Positions 8,162 through 15,476 of a stretch of DNA of 19,133 nucleotides are shown here, in pieces. The position numbers were made by a program, and so were the translations under genes. The stretch's first letter is position 1; each line of letters starts with the position of its first letter. The notes under the pieces are model-generated. The model did not search any database, was not told the DNA's origin, and worked only from the letters and a program-made list of their open reading frames with translations. Source of the DNA: Armatimonadota bacterium (GTDB lineage: Bacteria > Sysuimicrobiota > Sysuimicrobiia > Sysuimicrobiales > Humicultoraceae); contig JANONS010000018.1 in assembly GCA_031420915.1 (NCBI GenBank), positions 1 to 19,133 of the forward strand. Direction: 5' to 3'.

Positions 8162-8851
8162 TTGCTGCACGGGTTCTCCGGCTCGCCCCTGGAGATGGTG
8201 CCGCTGGCGGAGGCGCTCGCCGGTGAGGGATGGACGATCTCTGTCGCCCAACTGGCGGGACACGGGACGTCCCCACACGACCTCGCCAGGACGACCTGGG
8301 AGGATTGGATCGGCTCCGCTCGCCAGGCCTATGCTGATCTCCGGGATCGGTGCCGGCGCATCGCCCTCGTGGGCCTCTCGATGGGCGGGGCGCTGGGTCT
8401 CTATCTCGCGGCCACCGAGGGGGCTGCGGCCGTCGTCGCCATCTCTACACCGATCAGGGTGCGACCGCTGCTGGCTACCGCGTCGCGGAAGGCATCGCGC
8501 GTGCTCCCGCTTGTCCCCGTCATCTTCCGCCTGAGCCCTCGGGAGCGGACGATGCGCAGGTATCGCTCCCCGTACACGCGGATTCCGCTTGGAGCAACAG
8601 GCGAGGTCGACCGCCTGCTGGATGCGACCCGCGAGGTCCTGCCCAGGCTGACGGCCCCAACGCTGGTCGTCCAGGGACGCCGCGACTGGGTGATCCCCCG
8701 GGAGAGCGGCCCGCAGATTGTCGCCCAGGCCCAGTCAGCGCCGGCGACGTTGCTGTGGCTGCCACGCTCAGGGCATGTCGCCACGCTGGACCGGGACCGG
8801 GGGATGCTCTTCGACGCGGTGAAGAGCTTCCTCCGCACACATCTGACCTGA
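8162..8851 (+). CDS. Alpha/beta-hydrolase carboxylesterase (Est30/YvaK-like). The start codon is uncertain.
   Basis: LLHGFSGSP forms the oxyanion region. The nucleophile elbow is GLSMGG. A C-terminal ...SGHVAT histidine region is present. The upstream in-frame sequence LITGGEAGC matches the family N-terminus. It contains no ATG, GTG or TTG all the way back to the malK-like TAG. Confidence 0.8.
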   Translation: MLHGFSGSPLEMVPLAEALAGEGWTISVAQLAGHGTSPHDLARTTWEDWIGSARQAYADLRDRCRRIALVGLSMGGALGLYLAATEGAAAVVAISTPIRVRPLLATASRKASRVLPLVPVIFRLSPRERTMRRYRSPYTRIPLGATGEVDRLLDATREVLPRLTAPTLVVQGRRDWVIPRESGPQIVAQAQSAPATLLWLPRSGHVATLDRDRGMLFDAVKSFLRTHLT

Positions 8852-8862
8852 GGGGGACGTCC

Positions 8863-9246
8863 GTGAAGATCGACAGCATCGATCACCTGGTCCTCACCGT
8901 CCGAGACCTGGAGGCCACCTGCGAATTCTATTCGCGGGTGCTCGGGATGGAGGTTGCCACCTTCGGGAACGGCCGGACGGCGTTGCGATTCGGCACCCAG
9001 AAGATCAACCTGCATGAGGCCGGGAAGGAATTCGATCCGCGCGCCGCCCATCCCACGCCCGGGTCGGGGGATCTCTGCCTGCTGACTGATCAGCCCCTGA
9101 AGCAGGTGATCCAGCACCTCAGGTCGTGCGGCATCGATATTGTGGAGGGACCCGTTCGGAAGGCAGGAGCGGTGGGACCCATTGAATCCGTCTACGTGTG
9201 CGACCCGGACGGCAACCTGATCGAGATATCGAACGCTCTCCCCTAA
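8863..9246 (+). CDS. VOC-family protein (glyoxalase/bleomycin-resistance/dioxygenase fold).
   Basis: The sequence is IDHLVLTVRDLEATCEFYSRVLGMEV...GNLIEI. The GTG start is preceded by a GAGGGGGA RBS that overlaps the esterase TGA. Confidence 0.75.
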   Translation: MKIDSIDHLVLTVRDLEATCEFYSRVLGMEVATFGNGRTALRFGTQKINLHEAGKEFDPRAAHPTPGSGDLCLLTDQPLKQVIQHLRSCGIDIVEGPVRKAGAVGPIESVYVCDPDGNLIEISNALP

Positions 9247-10190
9247 AGTAGGACCACCCCGTCCTTCAAACGAGGGAATGCAAGCGTCGGCAGCAACTCC
9301 TGCTGCATGCGCGAGGTATCCATCGCGTACGATGCCATCCCGATCCTGATGAAGTCTCTCGTCAGGGGGGAGGCGGTCCGGAAGAGCGTGGCGAACGCCT
9401 CGCAGCACCAGCCCGCGACATAGAAGGACCACCTCGGCGCTCTCCAAGGCTTCCGGAACCTCCAGCGGGTGGCGATCGTGTCCAGGAACTCCTGGAGTGT
9501 CAGAGGCTCATCGTCGCCGAGATTGTAGATGCCGGCGACATGCTCGCCTTCGATCGCGGATACGGCGCACTTGAGGAAGTCGGGCAGCGCGACGAGGTGG
9601 ATCCAGGTAGGTTCTCTCCAGATCGCGAGCAGACGATGCCTGAGGAGCCACCTGCCCGCCTCGATCATCAAGACCCCACGCCCGTAGATCATGCCGGCGC
9701 GCAGCGAGACGGGAACCATGCTCGTCCCCTTGCACGCTTGAAAGAGGTGCTGTTCTGCCGCAAGCCGCGTCCGTGCGTGCACCGACATCGGCTGCCCGTC
9801 CAGGCGTCCGGTGGCGGGTCTGGTGGGAGATGATTGCCCCTCGACGTGGGGGAAGCTGATCAGGATGAACTTGCGCACGCCGGCCGCCAGAGCCGCGGCC
9901 ACCAGATTCTGTACGTACTCGATGTTTGTCTTCGGCAAGAACCGCTCAGGTCTCGGCGCGAACAGCAGACCAGCGAAGTGGACGATGCAGTCAATACCGG
10001 CGCAGGGTGCAGCCAGCGTCCTGGGATCCCCCAGGTCCGCCCTGGCGACCGAAGCGTTCGGGAACGCGCTGAGATCGAACGGCAGCGCCTTGCGGTGGAT
10101 GAGGAGTCTGAGGGTGTGCGGGCCGGGCAGCATGGAGCGGGCGAGCAGTGAGCCGAGGTTCCCCGCCGCTCCCGTGATCAGGACTCTCAT
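9243..10190 (-). CDS. NAD(P)-dependent epimerase/dehydratase family protein (atypical SDR).
   Basis: The N-terminus MRVLITGAAGNLGSLLARS is a Rossmann fold. The 315-aa protein resembles NmrA/epimerases. Its stop overlaps the VOC stop on the opposite strand. Confidence 0.8.
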   Translation of the reverse strand: MRVLITGAAGNLGSLLARSMLPGPHTLRLLIHRKALPFDLSAFPNASVARADLGDPRTLAAPCAGIDCIVHFAGLLFAPRPERFLPKTNIEYVQNLVAAALAAGVRKFILISFPHVEGQSSPTRPATGRLDGQPMSVHARTRLAAEQHLFQACKGTSMVPVSLRAGMIYGRGVLMIEAGRWLLRHRLLAIWREPTWIHLVALPDFLKCAVSAIEGEHVAGIYNLGDDEPLTLQEFLDTIATRWRFRKPWRAPRWSFYVAGWCCEAFATLFRTASPLTRDFIRIGMASYAMDTSRMQQELLPTLAFPRLKDGVVLL

Positions 10191-10326
10191 CCGACGGGCG
10201 TTTCCTAACGGACCCGTGCGCTCCCTGCCTGGTGACGTGCCGCTCTCACGCGAGCAGGAGATTGGAAGGCGGAGCGTAAGAGTTTTCGCGGACGCGGGTT
10301 GGGGAGCCCGCGACCCACGTCAAAAC

Positions 10327-10896
10327 ATGGAACAGCAGATCGAACGCAGCAAGGTCGTCGTCCGCTGGATCGTGGTGGTCTCGCTCTTCGGCGGGGTCGC
10401 CTACCTGAAGCGCCAGGGGCAGGTGCCTCTGCCGTGGTCCACGGTGCTGGCGCTGACCGTCGCGGCCTGTGCGCTGAACCTGGCCTACTGGCGCATCCTG
10501 CGCACATCGGCGCCGCGGTGGCTGAAGTACGTGACCACCGGAATGGACCTGGCGCTCATTTCTATCCTGGTGCTGTTCACAGGAGGCAGCGGCAGCGTCT
10601 TCTACGTTGCCTACTTCATCGTGCTGGTCAGCAACAGCATCAGGTACGGCATGGGGATGGCGCTCTACGTCGCCACGGTCTACAACCTGGGCTACGCTGC
10701 CGTCCTGCTGGCGCAACCCCCCGCCAACGATCTGACCGTCGAAGCGGTGAAGATCCTGTCCTTCTGGGGCGTGGCGCTCTATGCGGGCTATCTCGCCATG
10801 CGGTCCCAACGCCAGACCCGGATCCTGGAGTCGTACGAGGAGACGATCGCCAGACTGCGCGCGGAACTCTCATCGCTGAGGGCCCCGCCAAAGTGA
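10327..10896 (+). CDS. Hypothetical polytopic membrane protein of 189 aa, with 4-5 predicted TM helices and a C-terminal coiled-coil tail.
   Basis: The hydrophobic segments are WIVVVSLFGGVAYL, TVLALTVAACALNLAYW, DLALISILVLFTGG and FYVAYFIVLVSN..ALYVATVYNLGYAAVLL. The tail is RILESYEETIARLRAELSSL. The track's upstream extension (9811..10326) is antisense to the SDR gene. Confidence 0.55.
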   Translation: MEQQIERSKVVVRWIVVVSLFGGVAYLKRQGQVPLPWSTVLALTVAACALNLAYWRILRTSAPRWLKYVTTGMDLALISILVLFTGGSGSVFYVAYFIVLVSNSIRYGMGMALYVATVYNLGYAAVLLAQPPANDLTVEAVKILSFWGVALYAGYLAMRSQRQTRILESYEETIARLRAELSSLRAPPK

Positions 10897-11114
10897 CTGA
10901 CGATCGGGAATCGCCGCGCCCGCGCCGCACCCCGCTGCTGACCGCGCGGATCGTCTCCATGGGCGTCGCCGCCGGCATCATCCTGCTGGCGCTGCTTGTT
11001 GGCATTGCCTGGCGGACCACCCATCCGGCGTGGTTTCTCCTCTTCCCCGTGTTGCTGATGGGTGTCTTCGGCGCCCTAGCCGTGGGAGTGCTGTGGGGCC
11101 TGCGTCACTTCTAG
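10893..11114 (+). CDS. Hypothetical small membrane protein of 73 aa with 2 TM helices. It is translationally coupled to the preceding gene by a GTGA overlap.
   Basis: The TM segments are MGVAAGIILLALLVGIAW and WFLLFPVLLMGVFGALAVGVLWGL. Third-codon-position GC is high. The start could instead be ATG 10957. Confidence 0.4.
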   Translation: MTDDRESPRPRRTPLLTARIVSMGVAAGIILLALLVGIAWRTTHPAWFLLFPVLLMGVFGALAVGVLWGLRHF

Positions 11115-11861
11115 CCCCGACGCCTGCGCTTCCGCCTGCGCCGTCAGGGCGTTCAGCGCCGACTCCAGATGCCGGGACAACCGCTCCAGGCCCGCATCGT
11201 CAATGTCTGCGGGAACTTCCACCGCCTCCCCGATCGCCAGTGCCGCCCGGGTGAAGGGCCGGGGGATCTCGAAGCGGTCCCACGAATCCATCTCGATCGC
11301 ATCCCGCATCGCGGCACCGACCGGGAGGAGGGCCACGCCGGTCTTCTTGGCCATAAAGACCGCTCCCGGTTTGGCGCGGAACATCGGGCCACCGGGTCCG
11401 TCCGCCGCGATGACCCCGCCGCGGGCGCGCTCCAGCAAGTGAAGGAAGCGAACCACCCCCCGCGGTTCGGACGGAAAGGTCGCGGCGTCGAAGATTTGAT
11501 AACCGAGGTGCCGGAGGGAGGCCAGGGTCAGCCGGCGCACATGGCGCGAGAGCCCGCGGAAGGTGCCGTCGCGCGGGTGGCTGGAGTAGATGAGCAGTGG
11601 GAGCCCCTGAAAGAAGAAGATCGGCAGGAGCCCCCGGCCGTGCCAGACGACGACCAGAACCGGCCGCCCCGTGCGGAGGATGGCCGAGATGTGCTCGTAG
11701 CCAGCGATGCGCAGGTTGATCGTGCTGTCTATGAGTCGGAAGAGGGCGACCACAACGAGGGCGAAGAGCCAGATGGCGGCCTTGACCATGCGGTCGGCGA
11801 CCGGAATCCGGTCGGCTCCCGGACCCGCGCCCCGATCAATGCGTTTCGCTACTTCAGCCAT
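11076..11861 (-). CDS. DUF374 / lysophospholipid acyltransferase (LPLAT)-like protein.
   Basis: An N-terminal TM segment AAIWLFALVVVALF is present. VVVWHGRGL..IYSSHPRDG and VIAADGPGGPMFRAKPGAVFMAKKTGVALLPV are typical of DUF374 proteins found near Kdo-transferase genes. Confidence 0.75.
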   Translation of the reverse strand: MAEVAKRIDRGAGPGADRIPVADRMVKAAIWLFALVVVALFRLIDSTINLRIAGYEHISAILRTGRPVLVVVWHGRGLLPIFFFQGLPLLIYSSHPRDGTFRGLSRHVRRLTLASLRHLGYQIFDAATFPSEPRGVVRFLHLLERARGGVIAADGPGGPMFRAKPGAVFMAKKTGVALLPVGAAMRDAIEMDSWDRFEIPRPFTRAALAIGEAVEVPADIDDAGLERLSRHLESALNALTAQAEAQASGLEVTQAPQHSHG

Positions 11862-11974
11862 CGTGGGCTCGGAGAGTGCTCATGGTCTGCATCGGCCTCG
11901 AATTCAATCTTCGTGAAAACGAGCGTCCTATCACTATTTCGGTATGGTACCGTATGCTTCCCGGCTAGGCTAGA

Positions 11975-12829
11975 ATGGACGACGGAGTCTCGATGCCTCC
12001 ACCCCAACGAAATTATCCCCGACTGAGAAAGCCTGCGCACCCCATCGGATGCTGCCTTTTTGTGCTACTCGTCCTGGCGCTCTCGACCGACACGAACACT
12101 GCGGCATTTTCCTCTGGGGAGAGGCCTGCAGGAAACCGTGCGATAGGTGGCGACCCCATTGATTTGAGCACGGGGTTGTATGGGCGCGAGGACGATGACC
12201 TGCTCGTGGACGACACGCCGCCCATCAGATTCACCCGGACCTACCGCAACCGGGATTCGCGCTCAAGGGCGTTTGGCATCGGCACCAATCATCCCTACGA
12301 CATCTTCCTCGTCGGTGATAACACCGCGTTTACGTGGGCGGACTTGATCATGGCGGATGGGGGGCGAATCCACTATGTTCGGATCTCACCCGGGAGCAGC
12401 CACGTCGATGCAGTGTACACCTATGACGATGCTCACCAGATGCTGACGATCAAAGAGCCGGGGATCTTCATCACCAATGACTATGATAGCGGGGGGAGGG
12501 TCATCGGACAGAGGCTCAGCGACGGACGCACGTACAAGTTTGCCTACATCCTCAGGCAGGGACGCATTGTTCAGACCGATGTCACCGAGCCCGATGGCAG
12601 CATGCGCCGCGTCATCTTCAATGCCGATGGCTATTCCGTAAGCGACACGTACACACCGCGTACGGACCAACGCTCCATCACATATAGTCGGGAGGCTGGC
12701 AGTAACAAGGTCCTGACCGTAACGGTGGCCTGCTCACCCGAACGTGGACCCGTGAAGAATACCGCGCCGGTAGGTCCGGGAGAAACGGTGGAACAAGTGG
12801 AGTCCCGACTGCTCCAAAAGTGTGAGTAG
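11975..12829 (+). CDS. Signal-anchored YD-repeat / RHS-family N-terminal fragment of 284 aa, with no RHS core or C-terminal toxin domain.
   Basis: The N-terminus is basic and is followed by the TM segment IGCCLFVLLVLALS. DPIDLSTGLYGREDDDLLVDDTPPIRFTRTYRNRDSR..FGIGTN resembles the RHS N-terminal DPxDxxTG...R.Y.S...G.GW box. YD-type repeats follow: YTYDDAHQML, NDYDSGGRVIGQRLSDGRTYKFAY and VTEPDGSMRRVIF. GC is about 55%, against about 68% in the flanks. Confidence 0.6.
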   Translation: MDDGVSMPPPQRNYPRLRKPAHPIGCCLFVLLVLALSTDTNTAAFSSGERPAGNRAIGGDPIDLSTGLYGREDDDLLVDDTPPIRFTRTYRNRDSRSRAFGIGTNHPYDIFLVGDNTAFTWADLIMADGGRIHYVRISPGSSHVDAVYTYDDAHQMLTIKEPGIFITNDYDSGGRVIGQRLSDGRTYKFAYILRQGRIVQTDVTEPDGSMRRVIFNADGYSVSDTYTPRTDQRSITYSREAGSNKVLTVTVACSPERGPVKNTAPVGPGETVEQVESRLLQKCE

Positions 12830-12834
12830 CTCGT

Positions 12835-13749
12835 CTAGCCCTTGCCCTCCTCGCGCCCTCCGCCGAACGCCTGACCGGCCATATCACCCAGCGGCCCCAG
12901 CAGCTTGGAGAACTCCAGCGGGAAGATGAACTTGGTGGCCGGACTGGCCCCGAGGGCCTTCAACGCCTCCAGATACTGCAGGGCCATCGTCTTGCTGTCC
13001 ACGTGCTGTGCGACGGTGAAGATCCTGTCCAGGGCCAGGGAGAAACCTTCCGCCCGCAGGATCGCCGACTGCCGGTCGCCCTCTGCCCGCAGGATCGCCG
13101 ACTGCTTGTCGCCCTCGGCAACCGTGATGGTAGCTTCGCGCTTGCCCTCGGCCTCCGTGACCACCGCGCGGCGGCTCCGCTCGGCGGACATCTGACGGGT
13201 CATCGCCTCCTGCACCTCGCGCGGCGGCAGGATCTCCCGGATCTCCACGGTGGTCACCTTCACCCCCCACCGCTCGGTTACCTCATCCAGTTTCGCCCGC
13301 AGCACGTTGTTAATCTGTTCGCGGCGGGCCAGCACGTCGTCGAGGGAGATGTCGCCGATGACGGCGCGCAGTGTGGTGGTGGCGATGCCCCGCGCGGCGC
13401 CGGCGAAGTCCTGCACCTGGATCACCGACATCTCGGGATCGAACACCTTCCAGTAGATGAGGAAGTCGATGTTGATCGGGGCGTTGTCTTTGGTGATGCA
13501 GGTCTGGCTGGGAATCTCCAGAAAGGCCTCCCGCAGGTCTACCCAGACCGGCTTGTCGATGAAGGGAACGAGAAAGACGATCCCCGGCCCAACGCGGCCG
13601 AGTCCGGTCTGCTTGTTCACGGTCCGGCCCAGGCGGAACACCACGAGACGCTGGTACTCGCGGACGATTTTGATGGCCGAACTGAAGAGGGTCAGAAAGG
13701 CGATGACCGCGGCAACAGCGTAAATCAACAGGGAAACAAAGGGCGGCAT
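12835..13749 (-). CDS. SPFH/band-7 family protein (stomatin/prohibitin-like, QmcA/YbbK-like). It is N-terminally membrane-anchored.
   Basis: The sequence is MPPFVSLLIYAVAAVIAFLTL..IVREYQRLVVFRLGR...ITKDNAPINIDFLIYWKV...VKVTTVEIREI. A strong RBS, GGAGGTG, lies 4 nt before the ATG at 13749. The track's 451-aa ORF is a spurious upstream extension. Confidence 0.85.
   Translation of the reverse strand: MPPFVSLLIYAVAAVIAFLTLFSSAIKIVREYQRLVVFRLGRTVNKQTGLGRVGPGIVFLVPFIDKPVWVDLREAFLEIPSQTCITKDNAPINIDFLIYWKVFDPEMSVIQVQDFAGAARGIATTTLRAVIGDISLDDVLARREQINNVLRAKLDEVTERWGVKVTTVEIREILPPREVQEAMTRQMSAERSRRAVVTEAEGKREATITVAEGDKQSAILRAEGDRQSAILRAEGFSLALDRIFTVAQHVDSKTMALQYLEALKALGASPATKFIFPLEFSKLLGPLGDMAGQAFGGGREEGKG
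13051..13116. repeat. An in-frame tandem duplication of 2 x 33 bp inside the SPFH gene. It encodes DKQSAILRAEG / DRQSAILRAEG.
   Basis: Copy A is 13051..13083 and copy B is 13084..13116. They differ at 3 of 33 positions. Confidence 0.85.
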
Positions 13750-13843
13750 AGCGCACCTCCGTGGGAATACTAGCCGTACACTTCGGATAATTTCCGGCGG
13801 CTCCTTCTCCCGAAGCATGCAGGGGGGAGCCTGGAGGGTGGGG

Positions 13844-14815
13844 ATGAGAACGAGAGCCGTCGTCAGCATCGATATCGGCGGGACGAAGACGTTGAGCGCC
13901 GTGGTGGATCCGGCCGGGCGCGTTCTCTCCCGGCACCGGATCGAGACGCCGCAGACGGGTCCAGGGGCCGTGGTCGCCGCCCTGGCGCGTAGTGTGGCCG
14001 CGGTGGCCGCCTCCGCCGGCCTGAGAAGCGAGGATCTCCTGGGGATGGGGGTGGGAGCTCCCGGTCCCCTCGATCCGGCGACCGGTGTGGTCTTCGAGCC
14101 CCCCAACCTGGTGGGATGGCGGGATGTGCCCCTGTCAGCGCTCCTGCAGGAGGCAACTGGCATTCGGACGTTCGTTGAGAATGATGCCAACGCCGCCGCC
14201 CTGGGCGAGGCCTGGGTGGGGGCCGGGGCGGGGGTGCGCGACCTGATCTACATCACCGTGTCCACCGGCATCGGGGGTGGCCTCGTCCTCAATGGGGGAC
14301 TGTACCACGGGGTCTCCGGCACGGCGGGCGAGATCGGGCACATGACCGTGGAACCGGACGGACCCGTTTGCACCTGCGGGAGACGGGGCCATCTCGAAGC
14401 GGTCGCGTCCGGGCAGGCCATCGCCCGCATGGCGGCGGATGCTGTGAGGGCAGGACGGCCGACGAGATTGAGCGCGCTCGGCCCGCCCGAAGGGTTCTCG
14501 GCGGAAGCGGTAGCCCGGGCGGCTGCTGAGGGGGATCAGCTGGCGGGTGAGATTTTCGCGCGCGCCGGCGCCTACATCGGCATCGCCGTGGCGTCGCTGG
14601 TCAACGTCCTGAACCCGGCGATGGTCATCTTCGGCGGCGGGGTGAGTAAAGCGGGGGACCTGCTGTTCGATCCAGTGCGACGGGTCGTGCGGGAGCGGGC
14701 CTTCGAGCGACCCGCCGCGGCCGTGCGCATCGTCCCGTCGGCGCTAGGGGACGACGCCGGCGTGATCGGTGCGGCCGCCGTGGTCTACCGGCGCCTGGGT
14801 AGTGGGTTACTCTGA
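13844..14815 (+). CDS. glcK: ROK-family glucokinase.
   Basis: SIDIGGTKT is the ATP-binding motif. ENDANAAALGE is present. The ROK zinc motif is GHMTVEPDGPVCTCGRRGHLE. A GGAGGG RBS precedes the ATG at 13844. An in-frame ATG at 13817 is an alternative start. Confidence 0.85.
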   Translation: MRTRAVVSIDIGGTKTLSAVVDPAGRVLSRHRIETPQTGPGAVVAALARSVAAVAASAGLRSEDLLGMGVGAPGPLDPATGVVFEPPNLVGWRDVPLSALLQEATGIRTFVENDANAAALGEAWVGAGAGVRDLIYITVSTGIGGGLVLNGGLYHGVSGTAGEIGHMTVEPDGPVCTCGRRGHLEAVASGQAIARMAADAVRAGRPTRLSALGPPEGFSAEAVARAAAEGDQLAGEIFARAGAYIGIAVASLVNVLNPAMVIFGGGVSKAGDLLFDPVRRVVRERAFERPAAAVRIVPSALGDDAGVIGAAAVVYRRLGSGLL

Positions 14816-14836
14816 TCCTGGAGAGAGTGCTCCCGG

Positions 14837-15103
14837 TCATCGTCCCCTGTAGACCTGCCTCCGGTGCCCGATCTTCACCACGAGGACATTGAAGAGCCGA
14901 TCGTTAACCCGGTAGATAACACGGTAATCGCCTACGCGTATGCGGACGAGGCCGTCTTCTCCCCGCAGGACTGCGCCCCCCGACGGGCGGGGATTGTCAC
15001 TTAGACTATCGATGCGGCGGGCGATCCGCCGCTGGACGTCTTTCGGGAGCGCGACAAGGTCGCGTCGGGCGGATGGGAGGAATTCAATGCGGTAGGCCGT
15101 CAC
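14837..15103 (-). CDS. Type II toxin of the RelE/ParE family.
   Basis: The 88-aa protein carries YRIEF..ARRDL...GDYRVIYRV.DRLFNVLVVKIGHRRQVY, the family signature. Confidence 0.8.
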   Translation of the reverse strand: MTAYRIEFLPSARRDLVALPKDVQRRIARRIDSLSDNPRPSGGAVLRGEDGLVRIRVGDYRVIYRVNDRLFNVLVVKIGHRRQVYRGR

Positions 15104-15109
15104 AGCGGC

Positions 15110-15364
15110 CTACAGTCTCAGTGCTGACTTCACCCTCTCCCAGGGGATGCGCTTCCGATTCTTCGGATCGGCCAGAGCCTTTCGAGCATCCTCTAGATCC
15201 AGGGCGTCCTCAAGACTCTCAAGCAGAATAAGGTCCTCCACGGGCACGACGGCAACAAGGTCCTTTCCCCTGCGATGCACGACCAGGCGTTCCTTCCCAA
15301 ACGCTGCGCGGTTGACGATTGCAGAAAACTCCTTCCGGGCTTCCGTGGTTGTGAGGCGAGTCAC
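15110..15364 (-). CDS. Type II antitoxin of the Phd/YefM family.
   Basis: The 84-aa protein carries TEARKEFSAIVNRAAFGKERLVVHRRGKDLVAVVPVEDL. The GTG start is preceded by an AAGAGGTG RBS. The gene lies 6 nt upstream of the RelE-like toxin. Confidence 0.8.
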   Translation of the reverse strand: MTRLTTTEARKEFSAIVNRAAFGKERLVVHRRGKDLVAVVPVEDLILLESLEDALDLEDARKALADPKNRKRIPWERVKSALRL

Positions 15365-15435
15365 ACTCCACCTCTTTTCATCGGCGGGTCTCGCCGATAT
15401 TCCACATCCAGATGCTGTGAAAACAAACTCGTCAT

Positions 15436-15471
15436 TATGTACATATTGTACCTAATGCTACTCTTGCGTCA
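15436..15471 (-). promoter_or_regulatory. Promoter and operator of the phd/relE operon. On the minus strand the -35 is TTGACG (15471..15466) and the -10 is TACAAT (15449..15444). Two GTAC-core operator boxes overlap it: ATGTACAT at 15436..15443 and TGTACC at 15447..15452.
   Basis: These can be read directly in the AT-rich spacer between accC and phd. The two box centres lie 10 bp apart. The TGTACA core is the known YefM operator motif. Confidence 0.55.
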
Positions 15472-15476
15472 AGCGA

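Noticed and set aside
8223-9447. The ORFs 8223..8534, 8350..9246 (the part upstream of 8863), 8401..9447 (minus) and 8520..8879 (minus).
   Set aside because: They overlap the esterase and VOC frames and have no motifs. The VOC gene begins at GTG 8863, which has its own RBS.
9811-10326. The upstream extension of the membrane-protein ORF, and also 9834..10151 and 10205..10809 (minus).
   Set aside because: These are antisense to the SDR gene or to the membrane gene. The hydrophobic, TM-rich reading begins at ATG 10327.
11169-12026. A 285-aa + strand ORF antisense to the DUF374 gene, and the short ORFs 11153..11392 and 11203..11442.
   Set aside because: They have no domain signal. The DUF374 frame carries conserved acyltransferase-like blocks.
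13750-14190. The N-terminal 147 codons of the track ORF 12835..14190 (minus), and the ORFs 13003..13773 (+) and 13310..13936 (-).
   Set aside because: They overlap glcK and SPFH in wrong frames. The SPFH gene starts at ATG 13749, which has a strong RBS.
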